Assembly (NCBI GenBank): GCA_036491115.1
Contig: DASXCQ010000089.1
Span: 12,858 to 76,857, forward strand
Length of the DNA stretch: 64,000 bases
Reading direction: 5' to 3'
Origin: Pseudonocardiaceae bacterium
GTDB lineage: Bacteria > Actinomycetota > Actinomycetes > Mycobacteriales > Pseudonocardiaceae
Both the position numbers and the translations under genes were made by a program. The number at the start of each line of letters is the position of its first letter. Within the stretch, counting starts at the first letter, position 1. This document shows, in pieces, positions 1 through 8,786 of the stretch. Below the pieces are notes generated by a model that saw only the letters and a list, made by a program, of their open reading frames with translations, had not been told where the DNA came from and ran no database searches.

Positions 1-1627
1 ACGACCCACCACCCCAGAAACCACTGGTGGTGAACGTCCACGCCGACAAGCTGGACCGCCACGAGTCGGCCGTCGCCTCCCAGCTGGCGGCACTGGCCGT
101 ATCACCATTGGTCCTGGCAATCGAACCCGCCGTGATCAAACCGGCGATCTCCGCCGCGATCGACGATGGCGACCTGCCGAACTGCTCCTCCCATCGTTCC
201 GTCGTGTCAGGACCGGTCGACTGAATGTGATTGGCCGTCATCTTGATCTTGGCATACGTGCCGGCATCGGTCAGACCGGTCATCCACGCCAGAATGATCG
301 CGAACGAATCCTGGTCCAACTGCTCACAGCACCCAAGTTCCTGCGGCGTCGCACCACTGACACCGCTGACCGGACTGTAGCGAGGAAACGAACCCGCGAC
401 ATACGTCGTACCGTCACCGGGCGTGGACGTCGTGATGAACTGGCTGTTCCACATGAACTGCGCCATGCGTTTCGCCTGGGCCGTATCACCAGCGGCGATC
501 AGACCGGTCGCCTGTTGATAGAGATCTCGACCCCACACCCGGTGATAACCGTCGTTGAGCGCATCACCGTTGACCACATTGCCCCACGGCGTGGCCAACC
601 CGGCAACGCTGGCACCGGGAAACGTCTTGTCCTCAGCGGCATGCAACGCCATCACGGCCACGTAGTACGTGTCCAGTTCCTTCGCGTTGCCCGAGACACT
701 GGCCGGCGCCGGCTTCAGACCGCCGACATACGTGTGCCAACCGGACTGGAAGGACGTCTGGACAGCGGTGAACCCGGTGGTGAGCGAGCTGTTCGCGGCG
801 GCAAGAGCAGCCGCGGACGTACCGCCGTAGCCGAGCGCGACGGTGAACGTGGTGTCCGCACCAACCGCGATCTGGCCGCACTGCACGGCATTCCCGACAC
901 CGCTCAACGTGTCGTACTGATTCGTCAGCACCTTGTCCGACGACAGGTCCACGTTGCAGTCGCCGGCCGTACCCGCGTAGCCGTCGTCGTGCGCGGTGAA
1001 CCCGCTGGACACCTTCAGCGCCGAGTCGACGGTGAGCGGCGACCCGAACAACGTTTCGGTGTCCGAAGCGTCCAGCGACCCGTTCGTGCCGTCCCACCAG
1101 GCGTTGTCGTTGCCGCCGCCACCCGCCAGGGATGGGTTCGACAGCAGGTAGAGCTGATAGTGGCCGCCGTCCAGCGACTGGAACCGGGTGTTGATCACCA
1201 AGGTGTTCTGGTTCGGGTCGGTCAGATAGGTGTTGGTAATCCGGTACTTGCCGCTCTTGGCGGTGTTGGTGATCGTGTACTCCAGCGACTTCGCATCCGG
1301 CATCGACACCACGTGGGTCGTGGCGTCCCGCTCCAGGTCCACGAACGTCGACCCGTCGGTCACGACGTACTGCATGTCCTGCATGTCGGGCACGTCGGCG
1401 CGCGGGTAGAACACCTCGGACGTGATGCCGTTGGCGACCGTGTACCAGACCTTGCTGGTGGCGGTCGCCGAGGTGCCGACGGCGTCCTTGTCGCCCGTGG
1501 TCCACGCCGATCCGTCACCGCAGCATCCGGGCGCCGTCCCGGCGGCAGCAGCGGTGCCGGCGGCCGGACCGACGAATGCCACGGCCAACGCCACGACGCA
1601 GAACAGAGCCTTACCCCTCGTACCCAT
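1..1627 (-). CDS. Secreted GH15 glucoamylase/glucodextranase-like glycoside hydrolase (3' end beyond left edge; missing from supplied ORF track)
   Basis: Manual minus-strand translation from ATG at 1627 (SD GGGAGG, complement of 1635-1640). It gives a signal peptide MGTRGKALFCVVALAVAFVGPAAG, then WTTGDKDAVGTSATATSKVWYTVANGITSEVFYP, HRVWGRDLYQQATGL and TTERWEEQFG (GH15-type ERWEE). The frame stays open to position 1 and GC3 is high. Confidence 0.8.
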   Translation of the reverse strand, partial: MGTRGKALFCVVALAVAFVGPAAGTAAAAGTAPGCCGDGSAWTTGDKDAVGTSATATSKVWYTVANGITSEVFYPRADVPDMQDMQYVVTDGSTFVDLERDATTHVVSMPDAKSLEYTITNTAKSGKYRITNTYLTDPNQNTLVINTRFQSLDGGHYQLYLLSNPSLAGGGGNDNAWWDGTNGSLDASDTETLFGSPLTVDSALKVSSGFTAHDDGYAGTAGDCNVDLSSDKVLTNQYDTLSGVGNAVQCGQIAVGADTTFTVALGYGGTSAAALAAANSSLTTGFTAVQTSFQSGWHTYVGGLKPAPASVSGNAKELDTYYVAVMALHAAEDKTFPGASVAGLATPWGNVVNGDALNDGYHRVWGRDLYQQATGLIAAGDTAQAKRMAQFMWNSQFITTSTPGDGTTYVAGSFPRYSPVSGVSGATPQELGCCEQLDQDSFAIILAWMTGLTDAGTYAKIKMTANHIQSTGPDTTERWEEQFGRSPSSIAAEIAGLITAGSIARTNGDTASAASWEATADSWRSSLSAWTFTTSGFWGGGS

Positions 1628-1682
1628 TCGGTGACCTCCCGTCGCCGCCATCACGGTAGCGAGACTGGATCGATCCACCAGT

Positions 1683-3485
1683 TTGTTCACATATGATCGT
1701 GGCGTGGGCCTCCGGATCGACCCGCACGACAAGGTCGACGCACTGACCGGTGCCGTCGAGGACCTCGCTGGCCAGTTCACCCTCCAGCCGCTGCTGCGGC
1801 GCATCCTCACGCGCGCCGTCAGCCTGCTGCGCGGCGGCGCCGGCTCGATCTGCATCGTCGACGAGCAGGCCGGGGTGTACCGCAAGGAAGCCGATCTCGG
1901 CGTCGCCTGCCAGGAGGGCAAGGCTTTCCCACTGGACGAAGGTGTCACCGGCGCGGTGGTCGGGAACCGGGCGCCGATGGTCTTCGACAGCTACGCCGAC
2001 GTGCACGGCGGACACGTCGCGCCCGGCGAGCGGGAACGGCTGCACGCCACCGTGGGCGTGCCGATCGAGTGGGCCGGCAGCATCATCGGCGTCTGCGTCG
2101 TCTTCAGCACCGACCCCGAACTGCGGTTCCGCGACGAGGACGTGCACCTGCTGGGCCTGTTCGCCAAGCACGCCGCCATCGCGATCACCAACGCCCGGCT
2201 GCACGCCGACGCCGCCGACCGGGCCCAGCGGCTCGCGGTCAGCACGGAACGCGAACGAGTGGTGCGCGACGTACACGACGCGGTGGCCAGGGCGCTGGGC
2301 TCGATCCTGATGCACATCGACGCCCTGCCCGGCGACCTCCCGCACGACGCGGCCGCGCACCTGGCCGCCGCGCGGAACACCGCGGGCGAGGCGCTGGCCG
2401 AGACGCGCAAGACCGTGCTGGGCCTGGGTCCGGCCCTGCTGGAACCGCACTCGCTGGACGACGCGCTGGCCATGGAACTGGGCTGGGCGCGGTCCACCAC
2501 CGGCATCCGCACCGACCTGGTGGTCACCGGTGACGGCAAGGCACTCGCGCCGGAGATCGGCCAGCAGGCGCTGCGCATCGTGCAGGAGGCGCTGACCAAC
2601 GTGGTCATGCACGCCAAGGCGACCCTGGTCCGGGTCGGCGTGCTGTACGGGACCGACGACGTGACACTGGTGGTGGAGGACGACGGCTGCGGGTTCGACC
2701 CGGCGACGCTGGCCACCGGGCCACGCTCCGGGCTGGGCCTGACCGGCATCGTGGCCCGCGCCCAGCACCTGGGCGCCGATCTCCAGGTCGAGTCGACGCC
2801 CGGTTGGGGCACCAGGGTCCGGGCGCACATCCCGTACGAGCGGACCGATACCGGCGAGGCGCGGCACTCGGACGCCTGGCGGGTGCTGGTGGTGCACCCG
2901 AAGGCGATCGTGCGCGCCGGGCTGGTGCGGCTGCTGGCCAGGGCGGAGCCGGAGATCCAGGTGGTCGGCGAGATCGGTGACGCCAGGGCCGTCGTGGACG
3001 CGGTGCGGGTGCTCTCCCCCGACGTCGTGCTGCTGGAACTCCAGATGCCCGAACTGGACGGCGCCCGGCTGACCTCCTACATCCGCTCGGCGAACCCGGA
3101 CGTGTCGATCCTGCTGCTGGCCGACGACCACGCCGACGACCTGCTGCGCGACGCCGTCACCGCCGGGGCGCGCGGCTGCGTCGGCTCCGACGTCGACGGT
3201 GCCGCGCTGGCCAGGGCGGTGTTGGCGGCGGCGCGCGGTGACGTGTCGCTCACCGAACAGGTGCTGCGCCGGTTCGTCCGCCGGTCCGAGCCGGCCGACG
3301 AGCCGCTCACCGAGCGGGAGCACGAGGTGCGCCAACTGGTCGAAAAAGGACTGCCGGACAAGCGGATCGCCACGATGCTGGGCATCTCGGTGAAGACGGT
3401 GGAGAAACACGTGGGTGCCGTGCTGCGCAAGACCGGTTCGGCGAACCGGACCGCGCTCGCCCACCGGGCGGCGGTCCGCAGGTAG
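1683..3485 (+). CDS. Fused sensor: GAF domain + HisKA_3/HATPase histidine kinase + atypical receiver + LuxR-type HTH
   Basis: H-box ERERVVRDVHDAV. N/G boxes EALTNVVMHA, VEDDGCGFD, GLGLTG. Receiver-like segment RVLVVHPKAIV...VVLLELQMPELDG. C-terminal TEREHEVRQLVEKGLPDKRIATMLGISVKTVEKHV. Confidence 0.85.
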   Translation: MFTYDRGVGLRIDPHDKVDALTGAVEDLAGQFTLQPLLRRILTRAVSLLRGGAGSICIVDEQAGVYRKEADLGVACQEGKAFPLDEGVTGAVVGNRAPMVFDSYADVHGGHVAPGERERLHATVGVPIEWAGSIIGVCVVFSTDPELRFRDEDVHLLGLFAKHAAIAITNARLHADAADRAQRLAVSTERERVVRDVHDAVARALGSILMHIDALPGDLPHDAAAHLAAARNTAGEALAETRKTVLGLGPALLEPHSLDDALAMELGWARSTTGIRTDLVVTGDGKALAPEIGQQALRIVQEALTNVVMHAKATLVRVGVLYGTDDVTLVVEDDGCGFDPATLATGPRSGLGLTGIVARAQHLGADLQVESTPGWGTRVRAHIPYERTDTGEARHSDAWRVLVVHPKAIVRAGLVRLLARAEPEIQVVGEIGDARAVVDAVRVLSPDVVLLELQMPELDGARLTSYIRSANPDVSILLLADDHADDLLRDAVTAGARGCVGSDVDGAALARAVLAAARGDVSLTEQVLRRFVRRSEPADEPLTEREHEVRQLVEKGLPDKRIATMLGISVKTVEKHVGAVLRKTGSANRTALAHRAAVRR

Positions 3486-3494
3486 GGGGATTCC

Positions 3495-3513
3495 TACCAC
3501 CCTATGGGTGGAA
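3495..3513. promoter_or_regulatory. Imperfect palindrome TACCACCC-TAT-GGGTGGAA between the LuxR-fusion gene and the aldolase operon (candidate operator or weak hairpin)
   Basis: Core CCACCC (3497-3502) and GGGTGG (3506-3511) are perfectly complementary. It lies 10 nt after the TAG stop at 3483-3485 and about 42 nt before the GTG at 3555. Confidence 0.3.
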
Positions 3514-3554
3514 CCCTGGCTGACCTGGCACGTTGTGCTGGTTAGCGTGAGGTC

Positions 3555-4415
3555 GTGCCAGTCGTGCCGCTGAGGGAGATCCTGTCCGACGCGTTCGCGC
3601 AGCGCTACGGCGTTCCCGCGATCAACGTGTTCAACGACCTGACGATGGAAGGTGTGCTCGCCGCCGCGGTGGAGAGCCGCTCGCCGCTGATCGTGCAGAC
3701 CTCGGTGAAGACCGTGAAGTCGATCGGCGGTGACGTGCTGTTCGCGATGTGGACCGCCATGACGGCGGGCATCGAGGTGCCGGTGACGTTGCACCTGGAC
3801 CACTGCCCGGAACGGGCGGTGGTCACCGAATGCCTGGACCGGGGCTGGAACTCCGTGCTGTTCGACGCGTCGAACCTGGACGTCGCCGAGAACACCCGGC
3901 AGACCGTCGAGGTCGTCGCCGAGGCCCGCAGGCACGGCGCCGATGTCGAGGGTGAGATCGAGGCGATCACCGGCGTCGAGGACGGCATCGGCTCCGACAC
4001 CGAGGCCCGCAGGCTGGGTCTGCGCCAGTCGCTGGACTTCCTGGAGGCCACCGGGGTCGACGTGTTCGCGCCGTCCATCGGCAACGCGCACGGCAGCTAC
4101 AAGAGCGCACCGGTCCTGGACTTCCAGCGCGTGTCGGACATCGTGGCCGTCCATCCGGTACCGATCGCCCTGCACGGCGGCAGTGGCCTGTCCGACGAGC
4201 AGTTCCACGACCTGATCGCGCGTGGCTGCGCCAAGGTGAACATCTCCACCGCGCTGAAGGAGACGTTCATGAAGTCCAGCCTGGGCTTCCTGCGCGCCAC
4301 GGAGGAGAAGGACAAGTGGGATCCGCCGTCGCTGTTCCGCGCGGTCCGGGCCGACGTCGTGGCGATGTCCAGTTCGCTGATGACGTTGTTCGGCTCCGCG
4401 GGCAAGGCGGCGTGA
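3555..4415 (+). CDS. Class II ketose-bisphosphate aldolase family protein (FbaA/GatY/KbaY-like)
   Basis: Motifs VTLHLDH, GEIEAITG, GNAHG and ALHGGSG. GTG start preceded by GAGG. Confidence 0.85.
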   Translation: MPVVPLREILSDAFAQRYGVPAINVFNDLTMEGVLAAAVESRSPLIVQTSVKTVKSIGGDVLFAMWTAMTAGIEVPVTLHLDHCPERAVVTECLDRGWNSVLFDASNLDVAENTRQTVEVVAEARRHGADVEGEIEAITGVEDGIGSDTEARRLGLRQSLDFLEATGVDVFAPSIGNAHGSYKSAPVLDFQRVSDIVAVHPVPIALHGGSGLSDEQFHDLIARGCAKVNISTALKETFMKSSLGFLRATEEKDKWDPPSLFRAVRADVVAMSSSLMTLFGSAGKAA

Positions 4416-4420
4416 CAGGT

Positions 4421-5203
4421 ATGCCGGCGCTGATCTTCGACTGCGACGGGGTGTTGGCCGACACCGAACGCTACGGCCACCTGCCCGCGTTCAACCAGAC
4501 GTTCCAGGAGTTCGGCCTGCCCGTGCGGTGGAGTGAGGCGGAGTACGGCGAGAAGGTGTTGATCGGCGGCGGCAAGGAACGCATGCGGTCGCTGCTCACG
4601 CCCGAGTTCGTCACCGAGGCCGGCCTGCCCACCGACCCGGCGGCACTGGACGAGCAGGTCGCCCGGTGGCACCGCCGCAAGACCGAGATCTACGTGTCGA
4701 TCATCGCCAGCGGCGCCATCGAGCCGAGACCGGGCATCCGGCGGATCATCGAGGACGCGGCCGCGGCGGGGTGGTCGCTGGCCGTGGCGTCCACGTCGGC
4801 CGAGGAGTCGGTGCGCAGCGTGCTGGCACGGGCTGCCGGTCCGGACCTGTCGCCCCGGTTCTCGGTGTTCGCCGGGGATGTCGTGGCGCACAAGAAGCCC
4901 GCGCCGGACATCTACCAGCTCGCGGTGTCAGGCGTCGGTGTGGCACCGGCGGAGACGATCGTGATCGAGGACAGCAACAACGGCCTGCGCGCGGCCGTCG
5001 CCGCCGGCCTGACGTGCGTGGTCACGGTCAGCAGCTACACCCGGCACGAGGACTTCACCGGCGCCGCGCTCGTCGTGTCGTCCCTGGGCGATCCGGGCGC
5101 GGACATCGAGGTGCTGGCCGACCCGTTCGGTCTGGCGCCCCGGCCGTTCGTGCTGATCGGCGATCTCGACGCCCTGCTCACCTCAGCCACCAGCCCGGCT
5201 TGA
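4421..5203 (+). CDS. HAD-superfamily phosphatase (CbbY-like)
   Basis: MPALIFDCDGVLADTE (DxDG motif I) and VIEDSNNG (motif IV). ATG at 4421 lies 6 nt after the aldolase stop. The longer ORF-track start at 4316 lies inside the aldolase gene. Confidence 0.8.
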   Translation: MPALIFDCDGVLADTERYGHLPAFNQTFQEFGLPVRWSEAEYGEKVLIGGGKERMRSLLTPEFVTEAGLPTDPAALDEQVARWHRRKTEIYVSIIASGAIEPRPGIRRIIEDAAAAGWSLAVASTSAEESVRSVLARAAGPDLSPRFSVFAGDVVAHKKPAPDIYQLAVSGVGVAPAETIVIEDSNNGLRAAVAAGLTCVVTVSSYTRHEDFTGAALVVSSLGDPGADIEVLADPFGLAPRPFVLIGDLDALLTSATSPA

Positions 5204-5214
5204 CAGGAGATCAC

Positions 5215-5859
5215 ATGTCATCGGAGACATTCGCCGATCTGGAGTACGTCGTCCGCACGATCGCCCAGACGTCCGTCGACAACGAGAAGGCGTTCGGCGA
5301 CCTGGACGCCGTGGTGGGCGACGGCGACTTCGGCTACTCGCTGGCCCGCGGCTTCGAGATCGTGCTGGCCGACTGGGACACGTTCGACCGCGCGGACGCC
5401 GGCACGTTCCTGCAGAAGATCGCGTTGGTGATCTCCAAGCGGGTGGGCGGCACGTCCGGTCCACTGTGGGGCACCGCGTTCCTGCGGGCCGCGAGCACGG
5501 TGAAGGGCAAGCAGGAGGTGACCGGCGCGGACGCGGTCGCGATGCTGCGGGCCGCCGTCGAGGGCATCAAGCTGCGCGGCAAGTCCGACGTCGGCGACAA
5601 GACACTGCTGGACGCACTGGTCCCGATGACCGACGCGATCGAACAGCGGCTGGCCAGCGGCAGTGGCACCAGCGGCGCGGAGGTCGCCAAGGTCGCGGCG
5701 GAGACGGCCCGCGCCGCCGCCGACGCCACCTCCACCATGCAGGCCATGCGGGGCCGGGCCAGTTACACCGGTGAGCGCAGCATCGGCTCGCCGGATGCGG
5801 GCGCGGTCGGCGTCGCGGTGATGGCCGAACGGGTCGCGGCCGAGTGGCCGGCCCACTGA
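5215..5859 (+). CDS. dhaL: Dihydroxyacetone-kinase family, ADP-binding L subunit
   Basis: DGDFGYSL, GGTSGPLWG and GDKTLLDAL motifs. 214 aa. SD AGGAG lies upstream of the ATG at 5215. Confidence 0.85.
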   Translation: MSSETFADLEYVVRTIAQTSVDNEKAFGDLDAVVGDGDFGYSLARGFEIVLADWDTFDRADAGTFLQKIALVISKRVGGTSGPLWGTAFLRAASTVKGKQEVTGADAVAMLRAAVEGIKLRGKSDVGDKTLLDALVPMTDAIEQRLASGSGTSGAEVAKVAAETARAAADATSTMQAMRGRASYTGERSIGSPDAGAVGVAVMAERVAAEWPAH

Positions 5860-5911
5860 ACACTGAACTTCCTCTCCAGATCAGCCTCAATGCAGAGCAA
5901 GGAGCCCTCTC

Positions 5912-6907
5912 GTGAAGAAATTCGTCAACGACCCCAAGGACTTCGTCGCGGAGATGCTGGAGGGGCTCGCCCTCGCCAATCCGACGACGCTGAAATACGT
6001 ACCGGACTACAACCTGATCATGCGTACTGACGCACCGAACGAGAACAAGGTCTCGATCGTGCAGGGCTCCGGTTCCGGGCACGAGCCGGCCCACGTGATG
6101 ACGGTCGGCAAGGGCATGCTGGACGCCGCCTGTCCCGGTGACGTGTTCGCCGCGCCGCCGACCGACTACGTGTACGAGACGGTGAAGCTGGTCTCCTCAC
6201 CCAGGGGCGTGCTGCTGCTGGTGAACAACTACACCGGTGACCGCATGGCGTTCGAGATGGCGCAGGAACTGGCCGAGGCCGAGGACATCAAGGTCAAGAC
6301 CCTGTTCATCAACGACGACGTCGCGGTGCAGGACTCCACCTACACCGTCGGTCGCCGTGGTGTGGCGGGCAACTTCTTCGTGATGAAGGCCGTCGGCGCG
6401 GCCGCCGAGCGCGGTGCCGACCTGGACGAGGTGGCCAGGATCGGCGAGAAGGTGAACAGCGTGACCCGCACCATGGGCATGGCGCTCACCGCGTGCACGC
6501 CGCCGGCGAAGGGGTCGCCGCTGTTCGACCTGCCCGACGACGAGATCGAGATGGGCGTCGGCATCCACGGCGAGCCGGGCCGCCGCCGGGAGAAGCTGGC
6601 GCCGGCCAACGCGATCGTCGACGAGCTGCTCACCGCGGTAGCCGACGACCTGCCGTTCCAGTCCGGTGACCGGGTCGCCCTGATGCTCAACGGCCTGGGC
6701 GGCACGCCGATCAGCGAGCTCTACCTGCTCTACGGGCGGGCGCACAAGCAGCTCGCCGAGCGCGGCATCACGGTCGGCCGCAGCTACGTCGGCGAGTACT
6801 GCACGTCGCTGGACATGGCGGGCGCCTCGCTCACCCTGGTCCGGCTGGACGACGAGATCGACAGCCTGCTGGGCGACCCGGCGGAGATCGCGATCCGGGT
6901 GTTCTGA
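5912..6907 (+). CDS. dhaK: Dihydroxyacetone-kinase family, substrate-binding K subunit
   Basis: MKKFVNDPKD, GSGSGHEPAH, NNYTGDRMAF and GVGIHGEPG motifs. Confidence 0.9.
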   Translation: MKKFVNDPKDFVAEMLEGLALANPTTLKYVPDYNLIMRTDAPNENKVSIVQGSGSGHEPAHVMTVGKGMLDAACPGDVFAAPPTDYVYETVKLVSSPRGVLLLVNNYTGDRMAFEMAQELAEAEDIKVKTLFINDDVAVQDSTYTVGRRGVAGNFFVMKAVGAAAERGADLDEVARIGEKVNSVTRTMGMALTACTPPAKGSPLFDLPDDEIEMGVGIHGEPGRRREKLAPANAIVDELLTAVADDLPFQSGDRVALMLNGLGGTPISELYLLYGRAHKQLAERGITVGRSYVGEYCTSLDMAGASLTLVRLDDEIDSLLGDPAEIAIRVF

Positions 6908-6914
6908 CCGCCTC

Positions 6915-6947
6915 GAACGTCCCCGAGGCACAGCCTCGGGGACGTTC
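6915..6947 (+). terminator. Stem-loop terminator after dhaK
   Basis: Perfect 14-bp stem GAACGTCCCCGAGG / CCTCGGGGACGTTC with a 5-nt loop, starting 8 nt after the stop. Confidence 0.6.
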
Positions 6948-7041
6948 TCGGCATCCTCACCATCGCCGCGGAGGCGAAGCGCTGGCCAAGGAGCTGGCGG
7001 CGCTGGTGACCCCGACCGCGGGAACCGCCCCTACAGCCGGA

Positions 7042-7527
7042 TCAGCGCGCGGCCGAGTAGACCTCGGCCAGCCGGGCCAGGACACCGGGCCCGTCCCGCG
7101 ACGGCTCCGGTGCGCCGAGGTGGACGGTCCGGAGTTCGGCCATCAACTCGGCCCACAGCCGCGGTCCGCCCTCGGCCAGCAGTTCGGCCCGGACGCGCAG
7201 CCGGTCGGTGGTCGGGCGGTGGTGCAGGCCCCACTCGCCGAGCCGCGCGAAGACCGGCACCAGCTGGATCGACGCCTCGGTCAGGCTGTAGGCGGCCCGC
7301 CGGCCGGGACCAGCGTTCTCGCGGGTCAGCAGGCCGGCACTCACCAGCCGCTTGAGCCGGTCGGCCAGGATGTTGGAGGCGATCCCCTCCTCTGAGCCGG
7401 CCAGCAGCTCGCGGAAGTAGCGGCGGTTGCCGAACAGCACGTCCCGCAGCACCAGCAGGCTCCAGCTGTCGCCGAACGCCTCGACGGCCGCGTTGATCGG
7501 GCAACCCGAACGCGCCTGCTCCACCAT
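7042..7527 (-). CDS. HxlR-family transcriptional regulator
   Basis: CPINAAVEAFGDSWSLLVLRDVLFG...IASNILADRLKRLVSAGLL. ATG at 7527 with SD GGGAGGTGGGA. The 317-aa ORF-track version has an Arg/Gly-rich N-extension that I reject. Confidence 0.8.
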   Translation of the reverse strand: MVEQARSGCPINAAVEAFGDSWSLLVLRDVLFGNRRYFRELLAGSEEGIASNILADRLKRLVSAGLLTRENAGPGRRAAYSLTEASIQLVPVFARLGEWGLHHRPTTDRLRVRAELLAEGGPRLWAELMAELRTVHLGAPEPSRDGPGVLARLAEVYSAAR

Positions 7528-7608
7528 TCCCACCTCCCACCGGTTGCAATCTACCATCGGTTGGGCCAGGCTACTGCTTGTGAAATGCAACCACCTATGG
7601 AGGCCGTG

Positions 7609-8163
7609 ATGACCGACACCACACCCCAGACCGCGAGCGGCAAGGTGCTCTGGCACTTCGCGATGTCCCTGGACGGCTTCGTCGCCGGACCGCACCACGA
7701 GATGGACTGGATGACCGGGACCACGTTGCGGCCCGGACTGCACCACGAGTACGTCAGCACCACCGGTGCCGTACTGGCCGGCCGGGATGGCTGGGACCAG
7801 GCCGTCGGCGGCAACCGGCCCTATGGCGGCGCCTGGCAAGGGCCGATCTTCGTGCTCACCCACCACCCCGAGGACGCCACACCGGCCGAGGACGTGACGT
7901 TCCTCGACTGCGATCCGGCCGAGGCCGTGCGGATCGGGCTGGCCGCGGCAGGCGGCAAGAACCTTGAGGTGTTCTCCCCCACCATCGGCCGCCAACTACT
8001 CGAGTTGGGCCTGATCGACGAGATCGACCTGCACATCGTCCCGGTCCTGCTCGGCGACGGCATCCGGCTGCTGCACAACCCCGGCGGCGCGCCGATCCGG
8101 CTGCACCGGGACGGCGACCACCCCACGGGTGCGGTGAACGTGCGGTACCGGCCGGTTCGCTGA
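7609..8163 (+). CDS. Dihydrofolate-reductase-like (RibD C-terminal domain) family protein
   Basis: HFAMSLDGFVAGP and IDEIDLHIVPVLLGDG. GGAGG SD before the ATG at 7609. Divergent from the HxlR gene. Confidence 0.8.
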   Translation: MTDTTPQTASGKVLWHFAMSLDGFVAGPHHEMDWMTGTTLRPGLHHEYVSTTGAVLAGRDGWDQAVGGNRPYGGAWQGPIFVLTHHPEDATPAEDVTFLDCDPAEAVRIGLAAAGGKNLEVFSPTIGRQLLELGLIDEIDLHIVPVLLGDGIRLLHNPGGAPIRLHRDGDHPTGAVNVRYRPVR

Positions 8164-8275
8164 GAACTCGCTGATAGGCCCCTGTGGACTTCCGGCACCG
8201 GGCGTAGTTCGGCCCGCGGCACGCGTTGAACGGTGTACAGGCCCATTCCATCCCTGCCGGAAGGAACCGAACGAC

Positions 8276-8779
8276 ATGACTACCGCATTCGCGTCGCAGC
8301 GGCTGCGCTCCGCGTCGCTGCCCACTCCGCCCACGGGCTGGCCGGTCGGCTCGTACGACACGTACGAGAAAGCACAGCGGGCCGTGGACTACTTGGCGGA
8401 CAACAACTTCCCGGTACACGACGTCACCATCGTCGGTATCTCGCCGATGCTGGTGGAGCGGGTGCAGGGCAGGCTCACGTGGGGCAGGGTGCTCGCCGCC
8501 GGTGCCGCCAGCGGTGCCTGGTTCGGCCTGTTCGTCGGCCTGCTGCTGACCATCTTCACGGCGGGCGCGGGCATCGCGCCGCTGCTGCTGGGCCTGGTGA
8601 TCGGTGTCGTGTTCGGACTCGCGTCCGCCGCGATCAGCTACCGCGCCACCGGTGGCCGACGTGACTTCACGTCGCACAGCCAGCTCGTCGCGCAGCGCTA
8701 CGACGTGCTCTGCGAGCCGAGGAACGCGGAACTGGCCAGGCAGTTGCTGGCCGAACTGGCCAACAAGACGGTGATCTGA
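8276..8779 (+). CDS. Conserved actinobacterial membrane protein (general-stress-protein-17M-like N-domain plus 2-3 TM helices)
   Basis: GSYDTYEKAQRAVDYLADNNFPVHDVTIVG followed by Gly/Ala-rich hydrophobic helices. GC3 is coding-like. Confidence 0.65.
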   Translation: MTTAFASQRLRSASLPTPPTGWPVGSYDTYEKAQRAVDYLADNNFPVHDVTIVGISPMLVERVQGRLTWGRVLAAGAASGAWFGLFVGLLLTIFTAGAGIAPLLLGLVIGVVFGLASAAISYRATGGRRDFTSHSQLVAQRYDVLCEPRNAELARQLLAELANKTVI

Positions 8780-8786
8780 CGTCGCG

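Noticed and set aside
1611-4208. 865-aa minus-strand ORF, plus similar long ORFs at 227..1696, 8698..10821, 35993..37144, 38499..40010 and 48466..49695
   Set aside because: Their composition is extreme in Arg/Gly/Pro/His with no motifs. Each lies antisense or out of frame to a gene with clear family signatures. These are typical shadow ORFs of high-GC DNA.
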